From Peptostreptococcaceae bacterium (lineage in GTDB: Bacteria; Bacillota; Clostridia; Peptostreptococcales; Peptostreptococcaceae), in NCBI GenBank assembly GCA_044426235.1, contig JAWXUS010000006.1, forward strand, positions 9,309 to 73,308: a DNA stretch of 64,000 nt, written 5' to 3'. Below the pieces are notes generated by a model that searched no databases, was not told where the DNA came from, and saw only the letters and a program-made list of their open reading frames with translations. Positions 9,540 to 19,163 of this stretch are shown piece after piece (the first letter of the stretch is position 1; each line of letters starts with the position of its first letter). The position numbers were made by a program, and so were the translations under genes.

Positions 9540-10127
9540 ATGGAATTTAAAGATAGTGAAACGTGTAAAAACTTAATGAGAGGTTTTGCAGGAGAATCTC
9601 AAGCAATAAACAGATACATATTTTCAGCATCAACTGCTAAAAAACAAAATCTTCAAGTTATTCAAAGAATATTTGAATATACTGCAGATCAAGAAAAGGC
9701 TCATGCAAAAATATTTTATAAGCATTTAAAAGAATTATGTGGAGCAAATATTACAGTTGATGGATGTTATCCAGTAGATTTACATGATGATGTAGAACAA
9801 TTGTTAAGAGCAGCTCAACACAATGAATATGAAGAATATGACCATGAATATACAAAGTTTGCAGAAATAGCAGCAGCAGAAGGATATAAAGCTGTAGCAA
9901 ACTCTTTTAAATCAATTGCGGAAATAGAAAAAACTCATGGAGATAGATTTGGTAGATTTGCAGATTTCTTAAAAAATGGAACTCTATTTAAATCAGAAAC
10001 TGAAGAAACTTGGCTTTGTTTAAATTGTGGACATGTTCATACAGGAAAGCAAGCAGCAGCTAAATGTCCAGTATGTTTCCACCCACAAGGATATTTTGTT
10101 AGAAAAGAACTTTCTCCATACTGTTAA
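9540..10127 (+). CDS. rbr: rubrerythrin (N-terminal diiron four-helix bundle, C-terminal rubredoxin-like CxxC...CxxC)
   Basis: Motifs GESQAINRY, EKAHAKIF, EYEEY, EKTHGDRF, and C-terminal CLNCGH...CPVCFHPQ. ATG 9540 follows an AAAGGAG RBS. The track start 9519 is an upstream TTG. Confidence 0.9.
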   Translation: MEFKDSETCKNLMRGFAGESQAINRYIFSASTAKKQNLQVIQRIFEYTADQEKAHAKIFYKHLKELCGANITVDGCYPVDLHDDVEQLLRAAQHNEYEEYDHEYTKFAEIAAAEGYKAVANSFKSIAEIEKTHGDRFGRFADFLKNGTLFKSETEETWLCLNCGHVHTGKQAAAKCPVCFHPQGYFVRKELSPYC

Positions 10128-10130
10128 TAA

Positions 10131-10155
10131 AAAGAGAGCGAAAGCTCTCTTTTTT
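10131..10155 (+). terminator. intrinsic terminator after rbr
   Basis: Stem AAAGAGAGC / GCTCTCTTT, GAAA loop, T run. Confidence 0.8.
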
Positions 10156-10227
10156 GTGTAAATATTTGAATATAAACTATATTTAATGTAGAATAAACTT
10201 AGAGTGATTGTAGAAAGAGAGAGTTTT

Positions 10228-10707
10228 ATGAATATAACTGTAATTAGTGTTGGAAAATTAAAAGAAAAATACTTAAAACTTGGAATAGATGAATTTACAA
10301 AAAGACTTTCTAAGTATTCTAAGTTAGAACTGATTGAACTAGATGATGAGAAGTGTCCTGAAAATTTAAGCGAAAAAGATATGCTTATAGTTAAAGAAAA
10401 AGAAGGAAAGAAGATTCTATCTAAAATTAAAAATAATAGCTATGTTATAACTTTATGCATTGATGGAAAGAATCTATCATCAGAGGAGTTAGCAGATAAA
10501 ATTAGTAAAACTGCAGTTAGTGGAAAAAGCCATATAACTTTTATTATTGGAGGATCACTTGGACTTTGTGATGAAGTTATTAAAAGAGCAGATTATAAAT
10601 TATCATTCTCTAAAATGACATTTCCACACCAAATGATGAAACTTATACTTATTGAACAGATTTATAGAGCTTTTAGAATAAATAATAATGAACCATATCA
10701 CAAATAA
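10228..10707 (+). CDS. rlmH: 23S rRNA (pseudouridine1915-N3)-methyltransferase RlmH (SPOUT)
   Basis: [16 protein letters not shown]-terminus, IIGGSLG motif, and C-terminal [20 protein letters not shown]. About 159 aa from ATG 10228. Confidence 0.9.
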   Translation: MNITVISVGKLKEKYLKLGIDEFTKRLSKYSKLELIELDDEKCPENLSEKDMLIVKEKEGKKILSKIKNNSYVITLCIDGKNLSSEELADKISKTAVSGKSHITFIIGGSLGLCDEVIKRADYKLSFSKMTFPHQMMKLILIEQIYRAFRINNNEPYHK

Positions 10708-10722
10708 AAAGGAGAAACAACA

Positions 10723-10980
10723 ATGATAGAAAGAGAATTTGATATAAACGATATAGCTTACTTAGCTAAGGCTAGAAGGGTAAAAGCAGAAGTTGATGGT
10801 AATGAAACATTTACAAAAAATATTTCTTTAAAGGCGGGTGATTTTGTTAAGATACTAGATTTTTATGAAGTTGATAATTATGGGTATTCTTATGAGGCTG
10901 AATTTAAGAAAGATGGAACTTCGTATATAATAAGAAAGCATTTAAGTCAAAATGATTTATTATCTAAAGTTAAGAAATAA
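10723..10980 (+). CDS. hypothetical small protein (85 aa)
   Basis: Good RBS AAAGGAGAAACAACA-ATG 15 nt after the rlmH stop, and a terminator immediately downstream. I recognise no family. Confidence 0.55.
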   Translation: MIEREFDINDIAYLAKARRVKAEVDGNETFTKNISLKAGDFVKILDFYEVDNYGYSYEAEFKKDGTSYIIRKHLSQNDLLSKVKK

Positions 10981-11011
10981 AAAAATCTCTATAATTTATA
11001 GAGATTTTTTT
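10980..11011. terminator. bidirectional intrinsic terminator between convergent genes
   Basis: Stem ATCTCTATA / TATAGAGAT flanked by A5 and T6. Confidence 0.75.
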
Positions 11012-11012
11012 A

Positions 11013-11354
11013 TTATGCTTTTTTAACAACGCTAGACTTTAATTTCATAGCACCAAATCCATCAATTCTACAGTCTATATCGTGTCCATCTGAAGAATCA
11101 TGAACTAGTCTAATACTTTTAACTTTAGTTCCAATTTTTATAGAAGATGAACTTCCTTTAACTTTTAAATCTTTAACTACTGTAACTGCATCTCCATCAT
11201 TTAAAACATTTCCATTAACGTCTTTTATAACTGGTGTTTCATCTGAAGTTTGAGATGTATTCCATTCGTGTGCACATTCTGGACATATTATTAAACTTCC
11301 ATCTTCATAAGTGTATTCGCAGTTGCATTTTGGGCAATTCGGTAAATTTTCCAT
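11013..11354 (-). CDS. PhnA/YjdM-family zinc-ribbon protein
   Basis: N-terminal [25 protein letters not shown] zinc ribbon and a C-terminal SH3-like part ([17 protein letters not shown]). ATG 11354 follows GGAGG. The track TTG 11366 overlaps the RBS. Confidence 0.85.
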   Translation of the reverse strand: MENLPNCPKCNCEYTYEDGSLIICPECAHEWNTSQTSDETPVIKDVNGNVLNDGDAVTVVKDLKVKGSSSSIKIGTKVKSIRLVHDSSDGHDIDCRIDGFGAMKLKSSVVKKA

Positions 11355-11554
11355 AGTAACCTCCAATAATTTAAAGTATTAATATATTCTACAATAATAA
11401 ATATTTAAATACAACAATTAATGATTAGATGTTTTTTTAATGATATAGAATATAAATTAATAAAAATCATATATATTAGTAGTTGTAGTGTTTATAAAAA
11501 TTACAATTTGTTAATAATCATTTAATGAAAGTGCTTATAGAAAGGAGGAGTTTT

Positions 11555-13876
11555 ATGGATTATGAAAATTTTTCAAATTCATCTAAGAATGTAGTTGAAA
11601 GATCAATTAAAATAGCTCAAATATTTGGTCACAAAGTTGTTGACAGTGAACATTTACTTCTTAGTTTACTAAGAGAGAAGGGAAGTGTTGCATCAAAAGT
11701 ATTAATTGATTTAGGTCTTAGAGATGAATATTTAGAAAATAAAATTTTAGAATTAAATCCAAGACAAACAAATTTCACAAAAGATGTATTCTTAAATGTA
11801 AGATGCGAAGAAATAATAGAGCTTTCTAAAATATTTGCAAAAAGATTAAAGAGTGATTTTGTAGAAACTGAACATTTACTACTTTCAATTATTCAAGAGG
11901 GAAGTGGATATGCAAGCAGGATATTAAATGAAATTGGTATAGATGAAAAAGTATTAGTGAAAACTATAGTTGATGAAATAGATACAGGTGTACAGGAACC
12001 GAAAGGTAAGGAAGCACAATCAAAGATTTTAGATAAGTATGGAAAAAATTTAACCTTACTTGCAAGAGAACAAAAGATAGATCCTGTTATAGGTAGAAGA
12101 AAAGAGATAGATAGGATTATACAAATTATAAGTAGGAGAACTAAAAATAATCCTGTTTTAATAGGTGATCCTGGAGTTGGAAAAACTGCAGTTATAGAGG
12201 GATTAGCCTTAAAGGTTGTTGAAGAGAATGTGCCTGAGAGTTTAAAAAATAAAACTATATATACACTAGAAATGTCTAGTCTTCTTGCAGGTGCAAAATA
12301 TAGAGGTGAGTTTGAAGGAAGACTTAAAAAAATTATAGATGAAGTTTTAAAAAATGAAAATATAATTTTATTTATAGATGAATTACACACAATAGTTGGA
12401 GCAGGTTCAACAGGTGAAAATAATATTGATGCATCAAACATATTAAAACCAATTCTTGCAAGAGGTGAAATAAATATTATTGGAGCAACAACTATTGATG
12501 AATATAGACGATATATTGAGAAGGATCAAGCATTAGAAAGAAGATTTCAATCAGTTACTATCAATGAACCTACAAAGGAGGAATCCATACAAATTCTTAA
12601 CGGCTTAAAAGATAAGTATGAAGAATTTCATAAGATTAAAATTCTTGATGAAGCTATAATTGAGGCTGTTAATTTATCAAATAGATATATAACGGATAGA
12701 TTTTTACCAGATAAGGCTATTGATTTGATTGATGAGGCTTGTTCAAAAGCAAAGATAAAAGCAAACATTTCATATACTAATAAAATAGTATTTTCCCCAG
12801 ATAATAAAGAAGTAAAAGAAGATATAGAATCATTTAGTAAAGTTTATGTAGATAAAAAAGATATAGCGGAAGTTTTAGAAATGTGGACTAATATACCAGT
12901 ATCTAAAATTCTTGATGATGAGGCAAATAAATTACTTAATTTAGAAAACATACTTAAAAAAAGGGTAATAGGACAAACAGATGCAATAGAATCTATTTCA
13001 AGAGCAATAAGAAGATCACGTGCAGGGCTTAGAAATCCTAAAAAACCAATTGGATCATTTTTATTTTTAGGACCAACTGGAGTTGGTAAAACTGAATTAT
13101 CAAAAGCACTTGCAGACGTTGAATTTGGTGATGAAAAAAAGATTATTAGATTTGATATGAGTGAATATATGGAAAAACATTCAGTATCTAAGTTAATAGG
13201 TTCACCTCCTGGATATGTTGGTTATGATGAATGTGGTAAATTAACTGAACAAGTAAGAAAAAATCCATATTCCATAGTTTTATTTGATGAAATAGAAAAA
13301 GCACACAATGATATTTTTAATATCTTACTTCAAATACTTGATGATGGAAGACTTACAGATTCTAAAGGAAAAGTTATTGATTTTAAAAATACTATAATAA
13401 TTATGACTTCAAATATTGGAGCAAGCAAGATTAACAAACAAAAGGTTTTAGGTTTTGGTACTAAATTAGAAGATGATATTTCAAGTGATGAACACGAAAA
13501 AATGAAGGAAATAATGCTTAGTGAATTAAAGGAAAGTTTTAAACCTGAGTTTTTAAATAGAATTGACGATATAATAGTATTTCATAAGCTAAGAAAAAGC
13601 CATATTATAAGGATTGTTGAATTACTAACTAATGACTTGGTTAATAGAGTTAAGGATATAGGGATTGAACTTGAAATTAGTGAATTAGTAATAGATTCTA
13701 TATGTCTTGAAGGTTATAGTTTAGAATATGGAGCTAGACCTCTTAAAAGAGCGATTGAGAGAAGGTTAGAAGATAAACTATCAGAAGCCATAATAAAGGG
13801 TGAGATAAAAAAAGGGAGTTGTATATTTATGGACATTAATGAAGATGAAGTAGTTTTTAAATGCACAGCAACTTAA
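11555..13876 (+). CDS. clpC: ATP-dependent Clp protease ATP-binding subunit, ClpC-like, with an unusually short linker between the AAA modules
   Basis: Two Clp_N repeats (SEHLLLSLL, TEHLLLSII). D1 Walker A GDPGVGKT and D2 Walker A GPTGVGKT. An LGF ClpP-docking loop. Position upstream of radA. ATG 11555 follows AAAGGAGGAG. Confidence 0.85.
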   Translation: MDYENFSNSSKNVVERSIKIAQIFGHKVVDSEHLLLSLLREKGSVASKVLIDLGLRDEYLENKILELNPRQTNFTKDVFLNVRCEEIIELSKIFAKRLKSDFVETEHLLLSIIQEGSGYASRILNEIGIDEKVLVKTIVDEIDTGVQEPKGKEAQSKILDKYGKNLTLLAREQKIDPVIGRRKEIDRIIQIISRRTKNNPVLIGDPGVGKTAVIEGLALKVVEENVPESLKNKTIYTLEMSSLLAGAKYRGEFEGRLKKIIDEVLKNENIILFIDELHTIVGAGSTGENNIDASNILKPILARGEINIIGATTIDEYRRYIEKDQALERRFQSVTINEPTKEESIQILNGLKDKYEEFHKIKILDEAIIEAVNLSNRYITDRFLPDKAIDLIDEACSKAKIKANISYTNKIVFSPDNKEVKEDIESFSKVYVDKKDIAEVLEMWTNIPVSKILDDEANKLLNLENILKKRVIGQTDAIESISRAIRRSRAGLRNPKKPIGSFLFLGPTGVGKTELSKALADVEFGDEKKIIRFDMSEYMEKHSVSKLIGSPPGYVGYDECGKLTEQVRKNPYSIVLFDEIEKAHNDIFNILLQILDDGRLTDSKGKVIDFKNTIIIMTSNIGASKINKQKVLGFGTKLEDDISSDEHEKMKEIMLSELKESFKPEFLNRIDDIIVFHKLRKSHIIRIVELLTNDLVNRVKDIGIELEISELVIDSICLEGYSLEYGARPLKRAIERRLEDKLSEAIIKGEIKKGSCIFMDINEDEVVFKCTAT

Positions 13877-13878
13877 AA

Positions 13879-13905
13879 AGGGAGATTACTCCCTATATTT
13901 TTTTG
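13879..13905 (+). terminator. weak intrinsic terminator after clpC
   Basis: Stem AGGGAG / CTCCCT with ATTA loop, then ATATTTTTTT. Confidence 0.5.
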
Positions 13906-13994
13906 TAAAAAACTCAAATTATTCTAGATAATTTCACATATAAAAACTTAAATGTGATAAAATCTAAGTATAATACTAATTAAAGGTGATAAAA

Positions 13995-15362
13995 ATGGCA
14001 AAAATAAAGACAAAGTATGTGTGTCAAGAATGTGGATATGAAACTCCAAAGTGGTATGGAAAATGTCCTGAATGTTTAAAATGGGATTGTTTAGTTGAAG
14101 AAGTTGAACTAAAACAAAACAGCAAAGAAGTTTTTATAATTGATAAATCAAGTAGCAAACCAGTTGCTATAAACAATATACAAACTAAAAATGAAGAAAG
14201 ATTTTCAACTTACATACCTGAGCTTGATAGAGTTTTGGGTGGTGGAATAGTTAAGGGATCATTAGTTTTAGTTGGTGGAGATCCTGGAATTGGAAAATCA
14301 ACTCTTTTAATACAAGTAAGTAGTACAGTTTCAAACTCAGGTAAAAAAGTTCTTTACATATCTGGTGAGGAATCTGAATCACAAATTAAAATGAGAGCCC
14401 AAAGACTTGGAATAGAATCGAGTAATTTATATATATTTGCAGAAAATAATTTAACGAATATAGAATCTCAACTTGAAAGTGTAAATCCAGATCTTATAAT
14501 AGTAGACTCAATTCAAACGGTTTATTCTCCAGAATTAAATTCAGCCCCAGGAACTGTTAGTCAAGTCAAAGATGCTACGGCAAGATTTATGAAGATATCT
14601 AAAAAAATGGGAATATCAACTTTTATAGTAGGTCACGTTACTAAGGAAGGTTCGCTTGCAGGACCAAAACTTTTAGAACATATGGTTGATACTGTTATTC
14701 ATTTTGAAGGTGAAAGATTTAATACCTATAGATTAGTGAGAGCTGTTAAAAATAGATTTGGTTCAACCAATGAACTTGGTGTTTTTGAAATGAGAGATAT
14801 TGGGCTTGTTGAAATAGAAAATCCATCAAAAGTTTTAATATCTGAAAAACCCAAAGAAGTTTCGGGATCTGTTATTATTTCATCAGTTGAAGGAACTCGT
14901 CCAATGTTACTTGAAATGCAGGCGCTAGTTTCTCCAACAAGCTATGGAATTCCAAAGAGAACTGCAACAGGAGTTGATTATAATAGGGTTGGTATGTTAC
15001 TTGCAGTTTTAGAAAAAAGAGTTGGACTTCAAATTCAAAATCAAGATGTTTATATAAATATTGTTGGTGGAATTAGAATTAATGAACCATCTATTGATCT
15101 TGGAATTGCAATAGCAGTAGCATCGAGTTTTAAAAATATGCCAGTTGATGAAACTGTTGCAGTTTGTGGAGAAATTGGATTAACAGGAGAAGTTCGTGGA
15201 GTTAGTTTTATTGAAAAGAGAATTCACGAGTGTAAAAAACTTGGTTTTAGTCAAATTATAATACCAAAGAATAATTATGATGCAGTAAAAGATATTAAAG
15301 GAATAAAGATATTACCTGTAGAAAATGTAGCACAGGCGATAAATCTTACATTTAGAAAATAA
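13995..15362 (+). CDS. radA: DNA repair protein RadA/Sms
   Basis: N-terminal zinc finger CQECGYETPKWYGKCPEC, Walker A GDPGIGKST, KNRFG motif, and a Lon-like C-terminal domain. Confidence 0.95.
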   Translation: MAKIKTKYVCQECGYETPKWYGKCPECLKWDCLVEEVELKQNSKEVFIIDKSSSKPVAINNIQTKNEERFSTYIPELDRVLGGGIVKGSLVLVGGDPGIGKSTLLIQVSSTVSNSGKKVLYISGEESESQIKMRAQRLGIESSNLYIFAENNLTNIESQLESVNPDLIIVDSIQTVYSPELNSAPGTVSQVKDATARFMKISKKMGISTFIVGHVTKEGSLAGPKLLEHMVDTVIHFEGERFNTYRLVRAVKNRFGSTNELGVFEMRDIGLVEIENPSKVLISEKPKEVSGSVIISSVEGTRPMLLEMQALVSPTSYGIPKRTATGVDYNRVGMLLAVLEKRVGLQIQNQDVYINIVGGIRINEPSIDLGIAIAVASSFKNMPVDETVAVCGEIGLTGEVRGVSFIEKRIHECKKLGFSQIIIPKNNYDAVKDIKGIKILPVENVAQAINLTFRK

Positions 15363-15382
15363 AAGGGTTAGGGGGTGAAAAT

Positions 15383-16465
15383 TTGATAAATAAGATTATA
15401 AGGATAGTTATCTCAATAATAACAGTTGCAATATCAGGCACAACTTTTCTTGGAATTTCAAGAGAGGTACCTTCAATCCTTTTTGGTTTTGAAGGAAGTA
15501 GAATATTATTATCATCAATAGTTGGTATTTTTAGTGGATTATTAATATATTTAATATCTCCGTGGATTGCAGTTAAGTTTAGATTGGTAGCAAAGATGCT
15601 TGATAAGGAGATTTCTAAATATCCTCAAACAGATATTTTACTTAGTGCCATAGGACTTATAATAGGATTTATAATAGCATATTTAATAAGCGGTTTAACA
15701 AATGGTATACCGATAGTTGGAAGTATATTATCTTTTATAATATATATTTTAATGGGTTATTTAGGTATAAAAATTGCACTTAAGAGTAAAGATGATTTAT
15801 TTAATATAGGAAAATTAACGAGATTAACTAGTCAAATGAAGGATAAATCAACTAAGAAAGAAGTAAAAAGTAGTTCAGATAAAATACTTGATACTAGTGT
15901 AATAATAGATGGTAGAATTTTAGATATATTAAAAACTGGATTTTTAGAGGGAAAAGTTATAATACCTAAATTTGTGCTTGATGAACTTCAATATATTGCA
16001 GATTCATCAGATGATTTAAAAAGGGTTCGTGGAAGACGAGGACTTGATATATTAAGTGAAATAAAAGAACTTGATATTGAAGTGGAAATAAATGAAGAAA
16101 AATTTGAAGATATTGATGAAGTTGATAGTAAGTTATTAAAGCTTGCACAAGAAATCGGCGGAAAAGTAGTTACTAATGATTATAATTTAAATAAAGTAGC
16201 ACAGGTTCGAGGTGTTTGTGTTTTAAACATTAATGAATTATCAAATGCAGTAAAGCCTGTTGCAATACCAGGGGAAGAAATGATTGTACAGGTTGTAAAA
16301 GATGGAAAAGAGCAAACTCAAGGAGTAGCATATTTAGATGATGGAACTATGATTGTAGTTGAGAATGGACGTAAATATATGAACCATACAATAACAGTAT
16401 TAGTAACTTCAGTTCTTCAAACTCCTGCAGGAAGAATGATATTTGCAAAACCTAAAAAAGATTAG
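15383..16465 (+). CDS. PIN/TRAM-domain membrane protein, YacL-like
   Basis: Four N-terminal hydrophobic helices, a PIN core (ILDTSVIIDGR ... VVTNDYNLNKVA) and a TRAM-like C-terminus. Position downstream of radA. TTG start after GGGGGTG. Confidence 0.8.
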   Translation: MINKIIRIVISIITVAISGTTFLGISREVPSILFGFEGSRILLSSIVGIFSGLLIYLISPWIAVKFRLVAKMLDKEISKYPQTDILLSAIGLIIGFIIAYLISGLTNGIPIVGSILSFIIYILMGYLGIKIALKSKDDLFNIGKLTRLTSQMKDKSTKKEVKSSSDKILDTSVIIDGRILDILKTGFLEGKVIIPKFVLDELQYIADSSDDLKRVRGRRGLDILSEIKELDIEVEINEEKFEDIDEVDSKLLKLAQEIGGKVVTNDYNLNKVAQVRGVCVLNINELSNAVKPVAIPGEEMIVQVVKDGKEQTQGVAYLDDGTMIVVENGRKYMNHTITVLVTSVLQTPAGRMIFAKPKKD

Positions 16466-16486
16466 AATTTTTTCTAGTCTTTTTTA
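16459..16486 (+). terminator. possible weak terminator after yacL-like gene
   Basis: 9-bp stem with one G-U pair (AGATTAGAA / TTCTAGTCT), then T5. Confidence 0.4.
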
Positions 16487-16528
16487 TTTTAATGATATAC
16501 TTAATTTGGAGGTGATTTTATCAATAGT

Positions 16529-17191
16529 GTGATAATAGTTTGTGGTGGAAGTGGAAGTAGAATGAGCGCAAATATTAATAAACAGTTTTTAGAAATTAAA
16601 GGTAAAGAAATAATTGCCCACACGATAGATAAATTTTATAATAACGAAGATATACACGAAATAATACTTGTTATAAAAAAAGAAGAACAAAATTATTTTG
16701 ATGAAAATATAATAAGTAAGTATGGATATAAAAATATTAAGTTTGCTTTTGGTGGAAAAGAAAGACAAGATTCAGTTTATTCGGGAATTAAATCTTTAGA
16801 TGAAAAATCTGAAATAGTACTTGTTCACGATGGAGCAAGGCCTTTTGTTAGTAAAGATATAATAAAAAATTCTATAGAATATACAAAAGAAAAAGATGCA
16901 GTAATAGTTTGTGTAAAAGTAAAGGATACTATAAAAATTATAGCAGATAATAAAGTGTCTACTACTCCAAAAAGAGATAATTTAATTAGCGTTCAAACTC
17001 CTCAGGTGTTTAAAAAAGAAATACTAAAAAATTCATATGAAAAAGCATTTGATGAAGGATTTTATGGAACTGATGATTCTAGTTTAGTTGAGAGAATAGG
17101 TCAAGAAGTTTTTATTATTGATGGAAGTTACAAAAATATAAAAATAACTACTCCAGAAGACTTAATAATTGGAGAGAATTTAATAAAATAA
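16529..17191 (+). CDS. ispD: 2-C-methyl-D-erythritol 4-phosphate cytidylyltransferase
   Basis: Motifs GGSGSRM, VLVHDGARPF and VQTPQVF. GTG start. Followed by ispF. Confidence 0.9.
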   Translation: MIIVCGGSGSRMSANINKQFLEIKGKEIIAHTIDKFYNNEDIHEIILVIKKEEQNYFDENIISKYGYKNIKFAFGGKERQDSVYSGIKSLDEKSEIVLVHDGARPFVSKDIIKNSIEYTKEKDAVIVCVKVKDTIKIIADNKVSTTPKRDNLISVQTPQVFKKEILKNSYEKAFDEGFYGTDDSSLVERIGQEVFIIDGSYKNIKITTPEDLIIGENLIK

Positions 17192-17203
17192 AAGGAGAAA
17201 CTT

Positions 17204-17677
17204 ATGAGAGTTGGAATAGGATATGATGTTCATAAATTGGTTGAAGGTCGTGATTTAATAATCGGAGGAGTTAAGATTGAACATGAAGTTGGGCTTTTAG
17301 GACATTCAGATGCAGATGTTTTACTCCATGCAATAACTGATTCAATACTTGGTGCATTATGCCTTGGAGATATTGGTAAGCATTTTCCAGATACTGATGA
17401 AAAATTTAAAGGTGCAGATAGCTTAAAACTATTATCTTATGTTTATGAAATAATGAATAGTAAAGGATATGAAATAGGAAATATTGATAGTGTTATAATT
17501 GCACAAGCACCAAAAATGGCACCTCATATTCAAGCTATGAGAGAAAAAATAGCAACAACACTAAATACAGATATAGATAATATAAATGTTAAAGCAACTA
17601 CTGAAGAGAAGTTAGGATTTACAGGTAAAAAAGAAGGAATAGCATCTCAAAGTATTTGTTTAATTAATAAAAAGTAA
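17204..17677 (+). CDS. ispF: 2-C-methyl-D-erythritol 2,4-cyclodiphosphate synthase
   Basis: Motifs [21 protein letters not shown] and [11 protein letters not shown]. Confidence 0.95.
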   Translation: MRVGIGYDVHKLVEGRDLIIGGVKIEHEVGLLGHSDADVLLHAITDSILGALCLGDIGKHFPDTDEKFKGADSLKLLSYVYEIMNSKGYEIGNIDSVIIAQAPKMAPHIQAMREKIATTLNTDIDNINVKATTEEKLGFTGKKEGIASQSICLINKK

Positions 17678-17701
17678 ACCCTCAATTAATGAGGGTTTTT
17701 A
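17677..17701 (+). terminator. intrinsic terminator after ispF
   Basis: Stem AACCCTC / GAGGGTT, 7-nt loop, T5. Confidence 0.75.
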
Positions 17702-17761
17702 TATCCATAAAATTATAATAGTGATATAATTATAAGACTTATAATTTTAGGAGGAATCATC

Positions 17762-19096
17762 ATGGAAAATAATATATTGCTAACAGGTAATATTAATGGA
17801 TTATTTAGAAAGTTTGTAGTGCCTAGTATGATAGCAATGTTGATAACTGGTATACAAGGAATGATTGATGGTCTTTTTGCTGGAAACTTACTTGGTGCAA
17901 ATGCTATGGCAGGTATAAATATGGCTATGCCATTTTTACAATTAATAGTAGCACTTAGTATGATAGTTAGTATTGGTGCACAAAGTTATATGGGAATTAG
18001 TCTTGGAGAAAATAATGTTCAAGATGCACAGGACGGATTTAAAACTTCTATTATATTTATAATAGTTGTTGGACTTATGATAACCATATTTGGACTAGTA
18101 TTTAATAGACAAATAGCTTTAACTCTTGGTGCAAATGCAGTTTTACTTCCATACGTATCAAGTTATATTATTGCGATTTCGATAATTGCAGTACCTGCAT
18201 CACTATCTTTTTTATTTGCATTCTCAACTAGAATGATTGAAAAACCAGAAAAATATTTTTATGGAACGATAGTTAGTTTAATTGTAAATATATCACTTAA
18301 CTATTTGTTCTTAGCAAAATTTAAGTGGGGAGTTGCAGGAACGGCACTAGCAACTGGACTTGCTTATACATCAGTTTTAATAGTTGTGATTTGGGATTTT
18401 CTAAAAAAAGATAGTGTAATAAATGTTTTTGATGGTAAATTCAATATTAGTACTTTAAAGCCAATAATATATAATGGTTCATCAGAAGGAGTAAACTCTT
18501 TAAGTTCAGCGCTTAGTGCATTCTTATTTAATATGGCATTTATGCAAATTGGAGGAGAATTAGGAGTTGCAGCATTTACTTCAATAAGCTATATTGCACA
18601 ATTTGGGACTATACTAATGTTTGGAGTAAGTGATGGAATAGGACCTATTATAAGTTATAATTTTGGTAGTAAAAGTTATGATAGAATGGAAAAAGCTATC
18701 AGAGTAAGTAGTAAGGCGATACTGTTTATTGGAATATGTGTTTTTTGTGCATTGTTTTTCTTTGGTGAAAATTTAGTTAGACTATTTGTTACAGAATTAG
18801 AAGTAGTATCATTAGCAGTTGGAGGTTCAAAAATATATGCTTTAGCATTTTTTATGAATGGATTTAATATATTATTCTCTGCATATTTTACTTCAATAGG
18901 AAATGCAAAAAATTCTGTAATTATAGCAGCATCTAGAGGAATAATATTTTTACCAATAGGAATAATTATACTACCTAAAATATTTGGAGTACCTGGAGTT
19001 TGGCTTAGTGTTCCATTTGCAGAATTCATAACATTTATAATAGCAATTAGGTTAATGATAGTTAGTAAAAAATCTATGGTAGCTATAAGTAACTAA
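17762..19096 (+). CDS. MATE-family efflux transporter
   Basis: About 12 hydrophobic segments across 444 aa, with an N-terminal pattern typical of MATE/NorM-type proteins (FRKFVVPSMIAMLITGIQGMIDGLFAG). Confidence 0.8.
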   Translation: MENNILLTGNINGLFRKFVVPSMIAMLITGIQGMIDGLFAGNLLGANAMAGINMAMPFLQLIVALSMIVSIGAQSYMGISLGENNVQDAQDGFKTSIIFIIVVGLMITIFGLVFNRQIALTLGANAVLLPYVSSYIIAISIIAVPASLSFLFAFSTRMIEKPEKYFYGTIVSLIVNISLNYLFLAKFKWGVAGTALATGLAYTSVLIVVIWDFLKKDSVINVFDGKFNISTLKPIIYNGSSEGVNSLSSALSAFLFNMAFMQIGGELGVAAFTSISYIAQFGTILMFGVSDGIGPIISYNFGSKSYDRMEKAIRVSSKAILFIGICVFCALFFFGENLVRLFVTELEVVSLAVGGSKIYALAFFMNGFNILFSAYFTSIGNAKNSVIIAASRGIIFLPIGIIILPKIFGVPGVWLSVPFAEFITFIIAIRLMIVSKKSMVAISN

Positions 19097-19163
19097 AGCT
19101 ACAAAAAATTATATTTGTATTGTAATTTAATTTATACAACTATATAATAATATTAATTAGTGG

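Noticed and set aside
11355-11554. Searched for a CtsR operator (tandem GGTCAAA heptads) upstream of clpC.
   Set aside because: No GTCAA-containing repeat is present. This is recorded as a negative result and used in the ClpC finding.
11893-12441. Long antisense ORFs inside well-conserved genes. Examples are 182 aa in clpC, 171 aa at 39079-39594 in rpoC, 143 aa at 32845-33276 opposite rplL, 132 and 74 aa opposite both tuf copies, 133 aa in rpoB, and 123 aa at 20612-20983.
   Set aside because: Each is fully embedded opposite a strongly conserved protein. They have low-complexity S/L/I/F-rich translations and no RBS. Such shadow ORFs are expected on the antisense strand of AT-rich, purine-biased coding sequence.
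17707-17748. 10-bp inverted repeat AAAATTATAA ... TTATAATTTT upstream of the MATE gene, considered as a possible operator.
   Set aside because: It is made only of A and T and overlaps TATAAT-like promoter hexamers. Short AT palindromes are expected by chance in this composition, and no adjacent regulator gene is present.
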